64,000 nt of DNA. Origin: the human T2T-CHM13v2.0 reference genome, Homo sapiens. Shown here piece by piece: positions 32,681 to 64,000 of the stretch. Within the stretch, counting starts at the first letter, position 1, and each line of letters opens with the position of its first letter. The stretch is taken from assembly GCF_009914755.1 (NCBI RefSeq), contig NC_060940.1, one strand, 5' to 3'. The translations under genes and the position numbers were made by a program. Below the pieces are notes generated by a model. It did no database searches and had not been told where the DNA came from. It worked only from the letters and a program-made list of their open reading frames with translations.

Positions 32681-34103
32681 TTGTACTAGCCCCCCAAACC
32701 CCAAATCAGGGGCAGATCTTTGTATCCCTTGAGGCTCTCTTTAGTCCTGTCTTGCTTTGAAGGGCCTTGCTTCTGCTGGGGCAGGGAAAACATGTCTGAA
32801 TCAGAGTGGGGAAGGAGGATGGGTGGTGGCTTTGCTTTTGGAGGTTTCACTTTCCAATAGTTGGGAGTCTTCTGGGTTTTGAAGTAAAGGCAGATTAACA
32901 CCAACACCGGTCCCCCACCCCCCTGCAACTCTCAGGCCTCTCTCTGACTTCAGGGTCCCACCTGGGAAATCAGGTGGAGAACCTTACAGGGTCATTCAGA
33001 CCCCATCTTAGCCCTAGATCGGTGCTTGCTCTACTCACCTGCACTGTCCTGGGGACCTGGGCTCTGGCCTGTCACCTTGAGCTCCAAGAATGTGACCTGT
33101 ACCCATTCAGGCCCCTTAACTCTGACAGATGAGGGTTTCTTACTCCTCCATGCAGGGCTGGGCCAGCTGTTGGTCTCAGTCGATCATTCAGGAAGTCATT
33201 AGCAGAGTGATTTCCAGAAGGCGTAGAATTTAGTGACCAAGGTTCTTTCCTTTTTGGGAGGAGAAAGTGAAAACTAGGATGCTCAGCTGGACCCACCAGC
33301 CTGAGATTCTGGGGATTTTAGAGCTGTCCCTTGGGGAGCCAAGCACTTGGGGGTGGAGGTGATAGCGAGGCTGATGGCCCCTGTGTTCTCAGCTCTCTGC
33401 CTGGGTAGCCCCTGGGTGATGGGGGAGAGGCCAGCTGTCACGTGGGGTATCAGGTGGCTCTGCCAGAAACTCCCTTGGCACACAGAGCACTGGGTCGGCC
33501 CTCGGGTGTGGCTGTTTGGGCAGGACAGCCCTCTGTATGTAGCCTTGAGCAGGTAGGGGGGCCACCTTGAGTGGGTGGCCCAGAGACAGCCTCAGGGCTC
33601 CAAGGTAACGGGGTGCTCAGGTTATCTTGGGTGCTGCCCTCCCAGGTTCTGGGGGAGCAGAGGCTGGGCGCTGGCCCAACTTACAGGAAACACTCACCTT
33701 TGAACTGCCATTGGCACCATCTGGGCAGTACACAGCCCCACCCAGGTCCTCTAGTTCTTGTTCTCGGCTTAGAATCTTTGTGTTTCTGCCTGAGAAGCCA
33801 CTGCCTCCTAGTTTGTGGTCTCTACAGTTATAGCCAGGTTGGACTTCCGGCTCCGTCCTTTGATAACTGTGTGCTCTTGGGCAAATTTCTTAACTTGCAG
33901 GTTCTTGTGAGGATAACATGAGTTAATTGAGGGCACTTAACACTACCTGGCACAGATTAAGCTCATCTGAAGTGGGAGCTGTTACTTAGGGGCGTTTGCC
34001 TAGAACACAGGGTCCAGAGGCTCTCTCCCGGAAACTTAGACCCAGTGAGTCAGAAGTGAGGCCTGCAAAAAGCAGCAGGAGTGGGGTTAAGAATTCCAGC
34101 CTA

Positions 34104-41641
<7,538 letters not shown>

Positions 41642-42712
41642 GTCTGACCTGAGTCTCTTAAGGATGAGGCTCTGGAGCACCTAGTAAACTTGGTCCCATT
41701 TGTGTGACTCAAAGGGACATGTCCAAAGTCCAAAGTGCTGGGGGCAGGGGTGGGGCTTAGGTAGGGCATGTGACATTCCTGAACAGGCCAAGCACTGGGT
41801 GAAACTACTCAGGATTCAGAAGCAGGTGGGATGGGTGGGTGGAACATGATAATCATCCCCCTTCTCCTTCCTTTCCACCCTACCCTTGCTCACAACTGCA
41901 GGAGCTGAGGATGGGAGAGAACTGGGGACGAGGGGGCCAGAGTGATTTGCAGTGTTAGTAATGCAGCTGGTTCTATGGAAGGCTCAGTTCCATCTGGGAT
42001 CCCTTTATGAGCAGTGGACTAGGTCTTCACATTCAGCCCAGGATTACTAAAGCATAGGAAAGAGGCGGGGAACATAGACACAGCTCATGTAAACATTCCT
42101 TTTGTTTATGGCCGAATCCTAGCCACTGGACTACCTGAGGCATACAGATATTCTTTGGCTATGGGCTGACATTTGAATACAGCTGGGGCCTCAGGATTCT
42201 CTGAAATAAAGGGCTGCCTCCCTCTGGAGGAGCCAGGCAGCTCCTCAGAGCAGCTGCCCATTGCGTGCTGGACAAGGCCATGTCACCACCTCCATGGCTC
42301 CCCAGTTTCCCAGCTTGCTGTATCTCTCCACCGTAAGAGACTGGGAGCACCTTGATCTGAAGCTCTTTGCAGTGCCGGTGGCAGTGTAGGGGGAAGTAGT
42401 TGATGGGAGTGAGGGAAAGGAATTGGCAAGGAACCCTGGGCCTCTGTGGCTCACTGCATCAAGCAGTTCTTGGCAAAGGTAAGGTCAGGATGGGCTGTGT
42501 CGTCTTGGGTGGGGTGAAGACAGGGAGCAGTGGGCATGCAGATGCGGACAGGGAAGGGTGCAGTGGCCTGGCTGGAGGAGGTAGGGCCGTATCCCACCCA
42601 GAGTCTGTCACCAGATTCATGCCTGCCCCACCCCAGGCTCCCCAGGTTCATCCTGTGTCGTCTCCCCCACCTACCAGTCATCTTCTTGTGAGCCCTGGGC
42701 TTAGGAGTCACC

Positions 42713-60625
<17,913 letters not shown>

Positions 60626-60634
60626 CTCCTGATT

Positions 60635-60640
60635 AATACA
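60635..60640 (+). terminator. MVP variant poly(A) signal AATACA
   Basis: 10 nt after the TAA, with a U/GU-rich tract downstream and no AATAAA nearby. Confidence 0.6.
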
Positions 60641-60688
60641 ATGGAAGTTTCTGGGCATTTACAATTTCAACACTTTTCTCTTGTCTGA

Positions 60689-64000
<3,312 letters not shown>

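Overview
Human genomic DNA from the 16p11.2 (BP4-BP5) interval. It holds five complete protein-coding genes in tandem on the + strand: KIF22 (14 coding exons, 665 aa), MAZ (477 aa main isoform, plus an upstream alternative first exon and a zinc-finger cassette exon), PRRT2 (340 aa), PAGR1 (254 aa) and MVP (14 coding exons, 893 aa). I rebuilt each spliced CDS by hand from GT-AG boundaries, and each closes in frame at the length I recall for the known protein. Introns and flanks are dense in Alus, with older MER20, MER5, MER58, MER3, Tigger, MIR, L2, L1M and MLT fragments. Most of the short ORFs in the track are Alu or GC-rich artefacts. I found no new gene or foreign insertion. The most interesting signals are small regulatory devices: a uORF whose AUG is created by alternative splicing in MVP; a strong-Kozak out-of-frame microORF with a cyclin-docking-like motif in PAGR1; a GC-donor MAZ exon placed to escape NMD; mirrored divergent splice donors at the MVP promoter; a 4-unit hairpin array in the PAGR1 3'UTR; a Pumilio element fused to the KIF22 poly(A) signal; and a ~575-bp GGGA/GGAA array of MAZ motifs in MVP intron 10. 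Repeat boundaries and family names were judged by eye and are approximate.
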